DNA from: Laetmonice hystrix
Lineage: Eukaryota
Assembly (NCBI GenBank): GCA_965235115.1
Contig: OZ249436.1
Location: forward strand, 13,330,001-13,394,000
Reading direction: 5' to 3'
Length of the DNA: 64,000 nucleotides
Shown: one piece after another, positions 23,901-37,400 of the stretch
Numbering within the stretch: the stretch's first letter is position 1
Layout: every line of letters starts with the position of its first letter
Notes under the pieces: model-generated
What the model was told of the DNA's origin: nothing
Seen by the model: the letters and a program-made list of their open reading frames with translations, nothing else
Database searches by the model: none
Translations under genes and position numbers: made by a program

Positions 23901-26900
23901 CCAAAACGTGCAATCATAGAGTATAGTTCCAGTAGAGATGACCCCACGGGACCAGGATAGCCAGGATTCATTGATTCCACCTGCTGCCACAATATAGCAC
24001 GTACTTTCTACATCTTTCAACTCCTGATATATGTCGTATAGTTGAGGGAAATCTAACCCTAATCTGCCGTACTTTGCAGTTTTCATGGTTTGTGCCACAA
24101 GCCGTTTTAATTATTATTAAGACATATTTATGATACCTGTGATAATGTGTGATGTATAATTATTTAGTATTTATTTTTATTGAATTCTTATTGATTTGTT
24201 ATCGATGTTGATCTGTGAATTACTCACCCAAATATGATAAACTTTGTTAATGATGAAAGCATCAGGAACATGTTACCTGGCATTTTGGTAGCTTAAAAAC
24301 CGGTCTCATTTTTTCAAAATTTTACAGTTTAAATTTTACTTAAATCGTAACCGTTTTTATTCTAATCGGATGAAGTTAGTTAAACGCTATAAAAATATAA
24401 CTGGGGGTAAATGTTCTTATCATGCAAGTCTATTAATCTTGTGGAACGGGTAAAAACGAACTGTCTGGATCAATCTGCCACCTGGAGCACTTTGAGTTTA
24501 TGCCTGGAATATCTCGGCCAGTTCAGACGAGTTCAGACAAGTTCATACAAAAAGTCCACAGTGACATTCCCACAAAACAAACGTCTAACATAATATTATC
24601 ATGGATGGCCCACTCGAACACCTAAAACAGCCCCCCCCCCCCCGTACTTACTCACAACTCCACAGATAAACCACTACCGTAACGTTCGTCGTTTTCATAA
24701 CTCCCTATACTCTGCAAGGATTTTCCTAGGAACATATTAGGGTCAGTACACGGGAACAATGGAATCTGTAGTGACAATGCGTATACCAAATAGCCTGGTA
24801 GTCCCATTTTTTCATACACCATCATGTTGGCTGTATTCCAGCACCAACCTTTCGAAGCTGTCCCTCGTTGAACAATTTGATTGGTTGGCCGAGTGGAGAG
24901 TTGGCTCTGGGGTCACGTTCTGTACACAGCGATGGTAGACAGAACCTGGACAGTACGGTCGGAGGAATGTTCACGAGTACATGCTGCCTGACACGAGTGG
25001 CGACAGATTCACTTGTCATCACAGCTCTATCTCTCTTGTTCCTCACGAGATATTCACATGTTAAAAATGGGATTTTTAGACAGTCGAATAACCAAGGTAC
25101 TGTTTCAGTGCCTTTAGAAGCAGGATATGTTAAAAAGCTCTATTTAAAACCCAATTATTCACTTTAAAAACTTGTGGTTAAAAAGTCGATACTTTGTACA
25201 GCTAATTATTGTTCATCTCAATGGGAGGATGAAACATGCTGTTTGAAAAATAAAGATGTTAATAAATCTGAAGACAATATAACATGCCGATCTTTTATAT
25301 GCCTGTCTTTCTTTTCTACCCTAAATTCGTTAGCCTAAGTGCACTGTGACAGAACAAATCCTGCCATTCCACATCCACGGCCTATTTATTATACCTGTAC
25401 CTTCACGGTTGATACTTTCTATGCCGCCTAACACTAGCTCGTGGTGACATACTAGTAACCGGAGCTCATGACCCCTTTATATTGGCACCCACACAATACT
25501 ACATCCATATGATCGCAATCTCTAACCGTAATTGGGCAAGTGTGGAAAAAACTGAGAAAGATTTGGGGCAGGTTGTCCGCCATCATGTGAGCTCTCCTGG
25601 GACTGCCATCAGAACAAATTGGAAACAAACACGTCTTTACCTGCTGCTTTTTTAGTCTGGCTCTGGGGACTGACAGCTCGGAATACCCTACTCTGGCTGC
25701 CTTTTAACAAGTCGGCCCCATTGGCGGGGGGGGGGGAGGGGGGGGGGGTCTGTATTGCCAAGTGACAACTGTACTATTTGTATGCTTAAAAGTAAAACGT
25801 GTCTCCATCTGCTTATGTTCGAAAGAAAAGAAAATGGACAACACTAACAGGATCGAAAATAGAAGGTTGGCTTCTTTTACTGGAGATGTAAATTTGTTTA
25901 GGCAGTCTCCCATTTCTCTCTGGTTGTCAAGGTGGTGAATTGGACGACCAATGCAGGAGCCATGTAACAGAATAGAGCGTGAAGGTGCACCACAGTCTCT
26001 ATCTCAGTGTACTGTCTGCATAGTAATGAGCTAGACTCGGGGATTGAGGGGCCGCTTCACAGTCCCAGCCCACTCTTCATACCTCAACTACATAATTCAC
26101 ATGGAACGTTTCTGTGATATTTATCGCATTTTGTTTAAAGATTAAATGAATCAAATTATACCGTGCCCTATAGTACACCCCCCGTTCAATCTTACGAGTA
26201 ATGTATTTTATATCGTTGTCTATCACAGTCTCACTTTTTTCTCTCTTATATTCACTAACCGATTTCGGACGTTTGAGAATAAACGCTCGTATACCGCCGG
26301 CTCGTTATAAATGAAAACATTTCCCGTCCCTTTTATTCTCAGATGTGTGCCTTTCTATGTGACTTCCAGACCATTGATATAGTGGACCATCAGGGAAAAT
26401 CTGTGGAATTTCTAACACGGCTATTGCTAATATACTGACCATAATACGCGACTGTGTAACTGTGTCACTGGCAGAAAGTCAGTGACCGTCCTCGCATTAT
26501 TTCTATATCAATAAGCTCGTTACATGTCGGTTTCAGCTATGCTATTATCATCAATTTTTGTCAGCATACCAGTACTGAGCCTCCTGGGAATTCGTGGACT
26601 AAAGGCAATCAGTTTTATGACAACTGGTAATATCATTATAATTTCTACCTAGGAAAACTTCTCCTGTAAACTATACACATCTATATACATTACATGTTGG
26701 CAGTTTTAACAGTAGAAATATTATAATGCTTAATTTCACCATAATTCCAAGACTGTGACTGATGACTATCGTATTGACCTTAGAGGGAGGCAAACTATAT
26801 CATTCACTGGATGAAGCCTAAATAAAGCAAGAACTGGTTTCATTTGGCCATGCAGGTTTCATTTGGCCAGTTCAATATCAGGAACCGTTTCCGGGCGGGT

Positions 26901-28199
26901 AGCCTCTAAAAGCTGCCTCCTGACTCTTGCTGACTCTCACTAGAGGTCGCCTGACACACCGCCCACCCGACAAGCTGGCCTGTAGTCGTCATGCAACCAC
27001 TAACTGCAGACCGACCCCTTCACTTAGCATACATGGCCGCTGCCAGATCCCATAACGTGAAGGCAGCGACTTCAGTCTTCGAGTACTCTATGTAGATTCA
27101 ATCACGTCAGCTTTTGTTACTACTCGGATCACAGCGTTAATGAACTAATGAAAACTAATTGCGGGAGAAGCATATCAATTATACCTGTCAAGCCGTGCTC
27201 TCATATCCTCTAATTAAGCTGTGCATGATATAGATTTGCACCATACTCAACCGGTAAAAAAAGCCGTTCAGTTTAGCCGGGAAGTCCTATCAGACGTATA
27301 TCAAAATAACTGCTTAGTATCCTGACACGACGTTTTATGTGATGATGAAATATTTGAACGGTGTGGAATTTCGAGGCAGCCCGAGTGTTGGGAGTGGGTC
27401 GCCTTGTCAGGCTGCCTGAAGGCACTGTTATCGGAAGGTTGGAGGATATGAACAGGAAGAACATGGGGGGGGGGATGTCATCTCGTATGTCAGTCTCTAT
27501 ACCCGCCATCAACCTGACCTGCCCAACACCTCACTAGGCGGCGCTGACAACAAAAGCCGACTGCCGGCCACGTCATTTCTGCCGTCACAAACCGTGTCAG
27601 TCGGCTCACGGTTCCAACACCTGGTTAACATGACGCTCCCGCCCACCCAGTATTGCTCGACTGTGAAACCCAATATTTAGCACGGCCAGTTTACTACTAT
27701 GAATTCCCTGCCATCTTCAACTAGGAACTGAACAGTAGTTGCGGCACTGTCACTACTTGACCTAGCTGGTACTATATATCTGCTTCCCAGCGTACCCCAC
27801 TGGTAGCCCCCCCCCCCCATATCACGGTGATTTGTTGCGGTGGGTTGGATTTGGGAGGGGGTGGGGTACACGCATCTGCGGGTCTACCTGCCTTTTGTGC
27901 AGCAGAGATATGACTCGATACTAGCCCTACACCAAATCAACTGTATTCATTTATACAACACGACCACATCCTCTCTCATTCATGTATGCATCATCGGCAG
28001 CATCCATGGCTGACCTCTCACCTATAGCTCCCATCCAACCCAACCTCTTCCTATTTCCGTCCCGAGACGACACCACAGGTTCTGGGAAACAATACCCCTA
28101 CCCCCTACTGATTCCTCAATTCTAGTCGTTACTCAGATCTAAGAGTCGTACTAGTCCACCCTGATCCAGAAGGCAATAATCACTAGGGCTCTCCACTAC

Positions 28200-28600
28200 T
28201 GAGGTTAGCCACGTCAGCCGTGAGATATGTCATTAGGGGAAAGCCGCCACAGACTGACAGGGTAAGGCCGGGTCTTTTGATGCAATCCATAAGGTTGGAT
28301 GACATTCATCAGGCCAGCGTCGGGTCCAGCTGGCAGAGCGCCATCTACCAAACCCTTGCCAACTCGAGATTAAATCCTATCCCTGACCCCAACCACTTCC
28401 GGCCGACCTCTGCCCAGTCTCTCCATCCATTCCCCCTTCCTACTCTTACATCGAGAGACCTAATGCCCCTCTCACTTACCATTGCCTACTGGCCGCACAA
28501 CCCACATGGAAGCACTACAGAATATTATCACTGCCGACATAATATTTGCTTCAGGTACAGGGCGAGTGTGTACTGACCGGGTCCTATAATCTACCTATAA
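28200..28600 (+). mobile_element. Degenerate non-LTR (CR1/L2-like) RT fragment
   Basis: ORF 28220-28576 contains SSWQSAIYQTL...PIPDPNHFRPTS, resembling WK.A.V.P......DP.NYRPIS. Confidence 0.4.
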
Positions 28601-30099
28601 TATCCTTCACTTCTACATTTGATTTTTGTCTACATTTAACACCATCTGTATAACAATATTATATCACAGGTTAGAGCTGAAAATTAGAGAACCTTTAATT
28701 GTGGAAAACCCTGCATTATACTGGCTTATCTCCCTTGAAACCAGACCCAATTTGATTATACTTAAGAGTCACGAGAAAGCCATTATTGCCTTTCCGGAAC
28801 TATGAGCAAATGGGTATATCCCCCGTGGTGAAATTTGGTCGAAAGTAAAGATCCAAGGCCAGATTCCTAACTCCTAACGCCAGTCCCTCTGCACTTCCCA
28901 AAAACATATCCCTATCCCTGACCTTAACCCTCCCCACAAATTTTATCTGGAGTTACCATGGGGGAATAACCGGCAAATGAGTTGTTGAGAACTGGCGAGT
29001 TTTTAAATTAGGTCATGCAGATTCCCATTCATCATGCCCATGTTTCTACGGGTTGAAATCTTTCAACGACCTGCAGCTGACATGAGAAAATATGTACAGA
29101 AATTAAAATAACAGCTGTCGATCCCTAAGTTTGTTCCTTGGCGCTAGAATTTACAACTGGAACTTTAACAGTGATGATGGATCAGAACATGTCCGACACA
29201 TCGAACTAAATACAGACAGCTGGTGGAAACTGTTTATCATAGCAGCAGAGAGATTAATACACATACTGGCTCTGTCGACTTATAGCTGTTCTGACAGCCC
29301 TCGATCAAGAGTACGGCAAAGGTCCCCGGATTTGTGGGTCACAACAAACAAGCTACTGCTTACACTTGGAGCAGAGATGAGAGAGATAATCTCCAGCAGA
29401 CTCCATCAAATACGATACTGTGACCTGCTGCAAGCTCTGATTACAATAACAGACGTCTGGCCTTTTTCCCCCCTGGAATCGACTTATAACATTTCCGACA
29501 GCGACTGTCGCATGTAGTAGCTCTGAGAACAATATCGTTTATCGCCTCACCTTCCCATGTTTGGTAATAATGAGCTCTCTTGTAATCCAATAAGTCACCT
29601 GCAGAATCCAGGCCACATGGAGGTCACTCATGACTGATGACGCGCAACATTATCCGATCTATTAAATCCCGCCATACCTGTGTCCACACCTACTTACCGG
29701 TTCGAGCCTTTCCTGAGAAACATTAATGCATCCCATCATAGATTGTGCTCGCGAACACCAATATGCTCTGATAACGTCACAATGACCCTCGAGGTCAAAC
29801 AAATTTGATTCATGCTGACCTCGAGACCACCTTTCACACCTGATCACGAAAGTATCTGGAGATTTGACATCGGTCATCTTTATTTTGTTCCCATAAAATA
29901 TAAAGTTTGTCAGGTGATGAGGAACTGCTGCAGGCCCTGGCGCAGTCTCTCATCCAATGATAAACAACGGCTCACGGTCGGGGCATATATCACGGCTCCT
30001 TCTGGGAGCTTGCCATGCACTGGGGCCAGAGAAGGGGTGAAGGAGAGCCAATCCAGATGTTGTGCAGTCGTGGGGCAGCGACTGATGGCCAACATGGGA

Positions 30100-32560
30100 C
30101 CTCTTCTCTACTGCAGTCAGCAAGAAGAAGATCTGTCAATGGCCTCTACCGATGAAAGCGACAAGCGTCCTCGCCGCCGCCGCCACCAAGAGGTAACCAG
30201 CATTTGGGAGCTTCACCTTCTGGATTTCCAACCTTACCTTGACGACCTATCTGTGGACGGGTGTGGTTGTCAAGGCGATGGAAGTAGGTCACGGTTAAAT
30301 AGGTTATCAGGAAATCATGGCTCAGTGAAGGATGACTGACTTGTAAGTCGATTGGCCTCATGAATTGTCGCGTGGGATCTAATACCCTCCGTATCTCTAC
30401 TGGACACACCGAAACTGGCCGGCACTGGACACTCGCAACAGCTCAACATGAGGCACAACTTCATCATCCCTGGACCGACTCGACCCCGCTTTTGACACCA
30501 AGGCATTTCCCCCCGTAGGATTTTACTCCAAACAACACTAATCCATCCGCATTCCTGCCTCTTTCGCCAAAAGCCGCGAGGGATGACATCTTCAGTTGAC
30601 AGACCCGCCAAGTTGACTGAGGAACAAACCCGTCAATACTCAGCTCATTTGGGAGCCTTTATTCTGTGCCTGTCCTCGAGTTCTGTGACACCCCGTCCTA
30701 TTGATTGAACCTCCTTCCTCAAACCTGCCCCAAGCCGGGCCTGCTCGTCCCCGCCGGCCGGGTTCCCATGTCCGGTCGCGCCCACCTACCCCCACTCTGA
30801 CCACCGACCCATGCCACCACCTCACAGTTCGCCTCCTTTGTCAATATCACCAAAAGCCACTAAAGCTACCCTCCCGAGTTTACATTGATCCACGCCGACT
30901 ATAGAATCAAGACTTCTCTACTTCTAAGCGTATATCTGGGCGTTCTGACTGTAATTTCCCTCATCCCATTGCCCACCTCCCCATGCTTGCCTTGCCTGCT
31001 ATATTTGAGCTCGACTTTCGAGTGTGAAGTTTGCATGCCCTGGATTGAATTACAACAAGCCTTGTCTATTTTCTCCACAATAACAATAAAGAGCTGACTG
31101 GTCAACATGCTGTGAAGGTTCACTGGCCTTACCAAGCCAACCTGACACGGCAACCATTGAATAGGTGGAAAGAGCAGACTGCAAGCCCAATAAGAGTGTC
31201 AGTTGACAGGTTTGCACATTATACAAACGGTCACGAAGGCAGCCTGGCACTGCGATGGGAAAGGGCTTACATTACTGTCTGATTCCGGTGCCTGTCAAGA
31301 GTCCCTTCATAACCCTTGTGTAGCCGCTCTGACCGACAACCAACGAGCACCCGGCATGCCATTCTACACAGCACAATTGCTGACCCCCATCTCCATTCTA
31401 TGACTGGTAGTCCCTCTGAACATTCTACTTGTACCTAAAATATACTCGTGCCTAAAGGGAGGCCCCACAATGGTACGCCTAGTCGCCCGTGGCATTCAGG
31501 ATTTGCCGCCCTCAAACCCATGCATGGTTCGTCTCCAATGAGCCAAGGGATTCAACGTGAGAGATGCTTGTATACTCAACTATTTGGCTGAGAAAGATTG
31601 AACCATTCAGTGTGTCGTTGAACTGAAAGATGGAGAGAGTTTGTTAGTCACCTTTGTCTGTTCGATAAACTCAGGCAGGATCAACATGTTTTGCATTCCT
31701 TCTCACAATACAATTTGAAAATACACTCAGGTATTTTCGTTTCCAAGGTCACTGTATCATAAAATATTTCAACTATAAATATACTTACCTCACAAGATTA
31801 TAAAAGAAGACAATTAGCAAACATCATTTCCCCACAATCAACATCATTCTGCACGAAAACACATTCATCAAGGTCTAACGGAGACCCACCCTTCAATTCA
31901 GGCGCATTCAATTTTCATTTGGCAAGATGTATCTGGTAGCCGAGAGCGGACGTTTCCTGAGCTCGAGGCTGTGGTCGGGGTGGCGGACCAGCCATCGGGG
32001 CCTTGCAGTGCTGATCCATTTCCCAGCAGACTGGCCATGTCAATGGCTATCGATCCCCAACCCCCACCCCACAGTGTCTGTCTATCCCTACCCTCTCAGC
32101 AACAAATCATTCCGCTGCCAACTAGGGCGCTCATCCCACAACTCCATGGACGTCAATCAGTTGGTTAGAGAACCCCTGCCATGTCTCATTCGGAGACTCA
32201 ATCGGTGCAGCCACCCTCTCAGCTCACAACACCATGGCTCCAAACGGCCACACAATAACCTCCTGTTGCCGAACCCGTACCGACATGATTGGCTGGCACC
32301 GAAATCACCACTCGAGCTGTTTTACATGCAAACACATCATGAATTCATGCTTTACACTTACTCACGGCCCCTTCAATGTACCGTCTGACCTGATTAAGGA
32401 CAGACGCAGTTATTGAGACTGGCAACTGACAATTACCAACGGGTTGACTGAACATGCATGTAACAACATTCAGGTCACTTCTTTCCCATGAAAAACTTCA
32501 AAACGACTCGATCCGAATGGAAATCCATCGCACCACTTACTATTGCATGCACGTTTATTT
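30100..32560 (+). mobile_element. Degenerate DIRS/Ngaro-like tyrosine-recombinase retrotransposon remnant
   Basis: Eroded motifs in gag-RT-RNaseH-YR order: KRPRRRRHQEVTSIWE (about 30162-30210); LPM...AIFE / STFE (30977-31024, cf. LPMG....AIFE.FST.LEW); FNFHLARCI (31907-31933, cf. NF...A.HIPG); SGHFFPM...WKSIA in one frame (32470-32532, cf. SGHSFRIG...GRWKS.A). Many stops and frameshifts; no terminal repeats seen. Confidence 0.5.
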
Positions 32561-33549
32561 GGATTTCCGGCTCAGGCCATACCAAACCCCGAAAGAATGC
32601 CGACATCAGCTCAGGCATTGCAAACCCCATTCCATTCAACCGCAGCCGCCATAATATCTAGCGAGTATGCACTGAATCCAGCCTGTAGCTCTTTGTCCGT
32701 TTCCTGTGTCCGTAACTCACTAATGGGTTCTCTTACCTGACCGGCATCTTCAAGGGCTTTCCCTGTCGGTTTGTTATAGCATTAATCTGCTTCAGCAACC
32801 ACCGTATGCTATGGGCTCGAGGAACAGGGATCAAAGGTCTCCTTCCCCAATATAATCACCAGAAGTATACACCAGAATTTGGATACTAAAGGAATCATGC
32901 TGGAGTTAAAGCTGATTGATCTGAAAGATGAAACATTGTAAAAGAACAAAGGTGTCAGGAGATCAAATACAACCTTGTTCAATAATCAGCTTCGACACCA
33001 AATACAGCAGCTCTCATCAAAACTAAATTTAACTTAATCTTAAGTCACGAAATAGAACTCAACAATACAGACAGTCATTTAAAGGAGAATGTGAAGAATC
33101 AACAGAGAGGACAGAGTTAAGAGTAAAGACGATTGAAAACCTCCAATTATGCAATTTTGTCCTAGTACAACAACCAAACAACAATGTGGGTGTAGTCAGT
33201 CCAGGATCTGGCAATGATTGTCAGTCAACCCACGGTAGGTCCCGCCGGCTCTGACAGTAAAGAAGTACTGAACACTATTCTTGCATAAAAATTAAATCGT
33301 TTGCATTTTATACAGCCTTAGAATGTTCCTGCGTAATGTATAAAAGTGCTGAATACGTCCTCGGTGGATAATGAGCGTGAATTATACACTCAACATTAAC
33401 ACAGACAACCAGGCCTGGTGGACATCAGTTAATAGACTGCGCCAGTCGGCTGCCCGTACACAGGTTTGACGAGACAGAAACATTGATCCAGTAATTGTCT
33501 GCTGCATCATTTCTTGCATGGAGCGCCAGGCGATGATCCGTGCCACAGT

Positions 33550-34460
33550 CCATTAGGATGTTTGACGAGTTAAATAAACAATACCGTCAAACAACGAGTC
33601 CGGCACACTGGGACACCAGGTCCGTCTCTTACACAACAGTTCAATTCCCAGCAAACTATACAGAGGCCCAATGGGAGTTCTATCGTGACGAGAGCACATT
33701 CTCCTATGTACCAGTATGCACCACAAAGGATGACTACTGAACGTACTTTCCGTCGTTTGGTTACTGAGGCAGCATATCTCCAGTTTAATCTAAACATCTG
33801 CGATCTGGACATCAGACTTTCAGCATGCTGACAGGCGTAAAACGTTGGTGCCGTGGGAGAATCTCCTCGCAATAAAAGACCATCGACCACTCGGAAGACC
33901 GTGCTCTTCAAAGCTTCCAGATATTAACGTTGATCGGTTACGACAGAGCTGACAACTTATCGTATCTCGTTCCGGGACACCTGACCTGTTTTCATAGGCA
34001 CTGTGTGCTCCTGAAGCCGTGGATGATCCACGCTCACATTGCCACGGCCTTCCCTTCAAGGCAATGCTACTACATAATTCATCAAAGTTAATCCCATCAT
34101 ACACGTGAGGCGAAAAGGTCAAGACAGCGGCACTGTAACCCTGACAAATGCCTCCATAGGAGACAAGAATATGTTAGTTCGGCTTTCGCCCTTAAATTCA
34201 GTTCTGACCAAAATCCCCCATCCAAAACACAATTTGGATTAGATCTACTCTATAGATTCTAGGTTGTTGTAGGTGAAATTGCCCATGATTAGAATGTCTG
34301 TTGAAACTGGTGGTAAATTGGTAAACGTCGTGTCGCACTGACTTCATAACTTCTCCTTTTTTTGACGGGGGTTGAACAAACAGAATTCTAGGTATAACTG
34401 CCCATGTCGATGGTCTGCTTAAGCCTTTACATTTTCTCTACCTATGTGATTTCGCTACTC
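33550..34460 (-). mobile_element. Degenerate CR1/L2-like LINE fragment (APE endonuclease, possible RT piece)
   Basis: Minus strand reads TDILIMGNFTYNNL (about 34274-34297, cf. ILIMGDFNY) and GVP......LFI near 33610; riddled with stops. Confidence 0.4.
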
Positions 34461-37400
34461 AATGACCAGTCCCTTGCAAACATTTGGTAGACTGGATTTG
34501 AGTATTCAAAAGGGTTGCACATTAAGAGGCCGTGGGCAGTCGGTAAAATCCCCTGGGTTGGAATGGTCAGCCACCAATCTCGATATGCTGGAGTGGACAT
34601 GCCCACTGACTACAGTGATTCTGGTCCCTTGTGGAGGGTCCAACCTCCCGGTGTGAATACGGACTATGGCGGGGAGAGGGGGTATGGCCGACATGAAACA
34701 ACTACAATGATTGATGATACACGTGTCTGTTGAAATACTCTATCAACGCCATGTCTCTTTGTGATTCCTCAGGCCTTTCTTTCCCTGAATGCCGAATCTC
34801 CTTCACCTAATATCTACAACGTTTCTTTCCCCTCGCCTTGTCCAATTTAGGCGGCCAAACAAAAACTAAGCCTTCCTTTTTATCATAATGCTTAACAGTA
34901 AATGAGTAATACTCTAGCGTCTTCCCGTTACATTGTACTCATGACAATCGGTCATTGAGCTTCGGCTAAATGTTCCACCTCTCATGAAGTAATATCACTC
35001 CACAATCCAGGCGTCAGCGGCGACTCTTAACATAATCCGCCTGGCTGGAGGAGATGAACAGATCGAATTAACGACATGTTGAGGCAATGGCTGCTTTACT
35101 TAATGTGCCAACACTATATATATATGTGACCATTCAGTGCCGCTTCTCGTACTTTTTCTCTATATGGGGGTGGAAATCAATAGTAGAAATGCGACACTGT
35201 TAAGACGAGAGCTTTAACGAGATCCATCAGTCAGCATGCCGGTCCCTACGGGTGTCAACTTTTCTCCTGCTAGTTCTGGCCACCAGCACACCAACAGTCG
35301 CCGCCGAGCAGACTGCAGCACACGTTACAAACGTATGCGTTCACCACACCGCCTTTACCCAAGCATGCTTACAGCACCCACTGAACATTCAACGGCTGCC
35401 ACAGTCTTGGAATACATTATACATACATCAAGAGACTATCATGTCACTGGAACACTAAAGCATGATTTTCAACAATGCTCTGGGGAAACCTAGTGTTCCA
35501 TGTGGAAGGTCGTTTGTTTTAACCGCGGAATTCACGAGATGGATCCGTAATAAAAGACAATTATGGTGTCCCTATTATCATATAGATTATCCTGGACTAG
35601 ATAAACAGGACCTATTCTCATGGAGAGGATTCCATTCACAACGAGATGCCATTCTGTTTTTACATCTGACAATAAAGATACGTTGACAATGAAGATACGT
35701 AGAGCACGATACACAATATCCCTGACACCAATAGGTCTTTTCACCCGAACACAAACGGAGGAGAGTACCTGTGCTATCATTTTGTACAATAGATGTGGGT
35801 GCATGACACATACAAACATGATAATGTCACGTGCCTTTCCCGCTTGTTTTAAACTACATCCATGCAAATACTAGCTACGATACGGAAGCCAAAGAAAATG
35901 ATTTTCCCAACTATCCCCTACAACAATGCATACACAACAGTAAACACTAACTGCAAAAATGTAAACCGAAGTATGAACAGGTAATGCTTGCAAAACAAAA
36001 TATTCTACTCCCAGCTATTGAAATGAAGTCAAGAGAGAAAGCACAACGAATCGCATTTACTCTGTTTGTGTACTAAGTGAACGTTCAAAGATCCAATTAT
36101 AAGTGTACATAATATATGTATGTATTGTGTATTTGAATAACGAATGATGTAATGCAATATGAGAATTTCTGTCGGGCTGAATAAAGACGAATCCGTCACG
36201 TGAACATGATATTACACGAATGAAGACCGATCAGGATTTATGAAGAAGAAATACTCCAGCAGCGTCTCATGATCCAGCCACTTCAATACGACAGGTACTG
36301 CACAGCACAGCCTGCTGTGATGGTGGTAATAAATCAGTAGCATATATCTCCTCAACATGGCTGCGTTGTTACAAGTACACTACCAAACATGCATGTGCAA
36401 TACTACAAGGCATGGTGAGTGAAGGTACTAAACGACCTACACAATGACCACATACTGAGACTGCGTGAGGCGGCACACTTGGTGGGCCTAAAGTTACTGT
36501 ACCTGCTTCACAATGTTTCGGCCATGCCGCGGCAGCTGACAGCCAGGAATGGAACAAGGAATGAGCAATGGTTAAGTGCAGCAGCAGTGCAGCAATATAA
36601 CAAGACGGTTTCTGCCACACACTTACACAAAGCAAAAGGAAAGAACAAGAAAAAATAGGCTGAAAGTCGATTGCGATGATATTACGTATACGGCATCCAC
36701 CTTGTCCGCTGAGTAAACATCTATCTCGGAATAAAGGAAGCAACTTGAAAGCATCAGCAGCACTGTATGTAAAACATGCATGTTTCCATGCAATATATAA
36801 TGGCTTGCGGAATTACTGGGAAAAATCGCAGCCGCAGCAACAGTCGCAAGAGCAGGAGCAGCAGCAGCAGAAATAACACGTACAGTCTAGTTCAGATCAA
36901 AGAAATTCCGAGCGATAAAGATGAATTCGAGGTACATTGTACCATTTCACTCCACGTGTGATTTTTACTTCAGTGTAGGGTGTCACTGTTGTGTTTAGTC
37001 GCGAACAAAACTCCTTAACTTGACAGGATTCTACAGTGTGTCATGTTATACTACCTGTGATTTTAGTTAAAATGAAAATCTGATATACAATGTGAAAGAG
37101 GTATAGAAAGAACTGCAAACGTTCAAGTCAGATAGAGGATAAACAGAATATAGTAGTAACGCGTGAATACATGGCAAAAAACGGATGTCAGAGTCAATTT
37201 GATAGAAAAGATAACATGTGGAGGGTTTGCAACCATGGAGAATATTTTCTTGATATATCAATGAACTCATCGAATGCTATACCACAATCAGGCATGGAGA
37301 CAATATCAGTGTTTTAGTTTAACAACAAAAGGAAGCCATATATATTACCGGTAAGAACCGGTCACATCTGGCGGTTGTAAAATATTGTTAAACAGATGAT

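Noticed and set aside
30235-30246. YLDD, apparent RT catalytic motif
   Set aside because: Flanks do not resemble RT, and it lies upstream of the RT-like LPM/AIFE segment in a gag-like stretch; probably chance
36828-36870. CAG-rich tract translating as poly-Q, poly-L or poly-C
   Set aside because: Low-complexity triplet sequence with no consistent splice context or link to the gene
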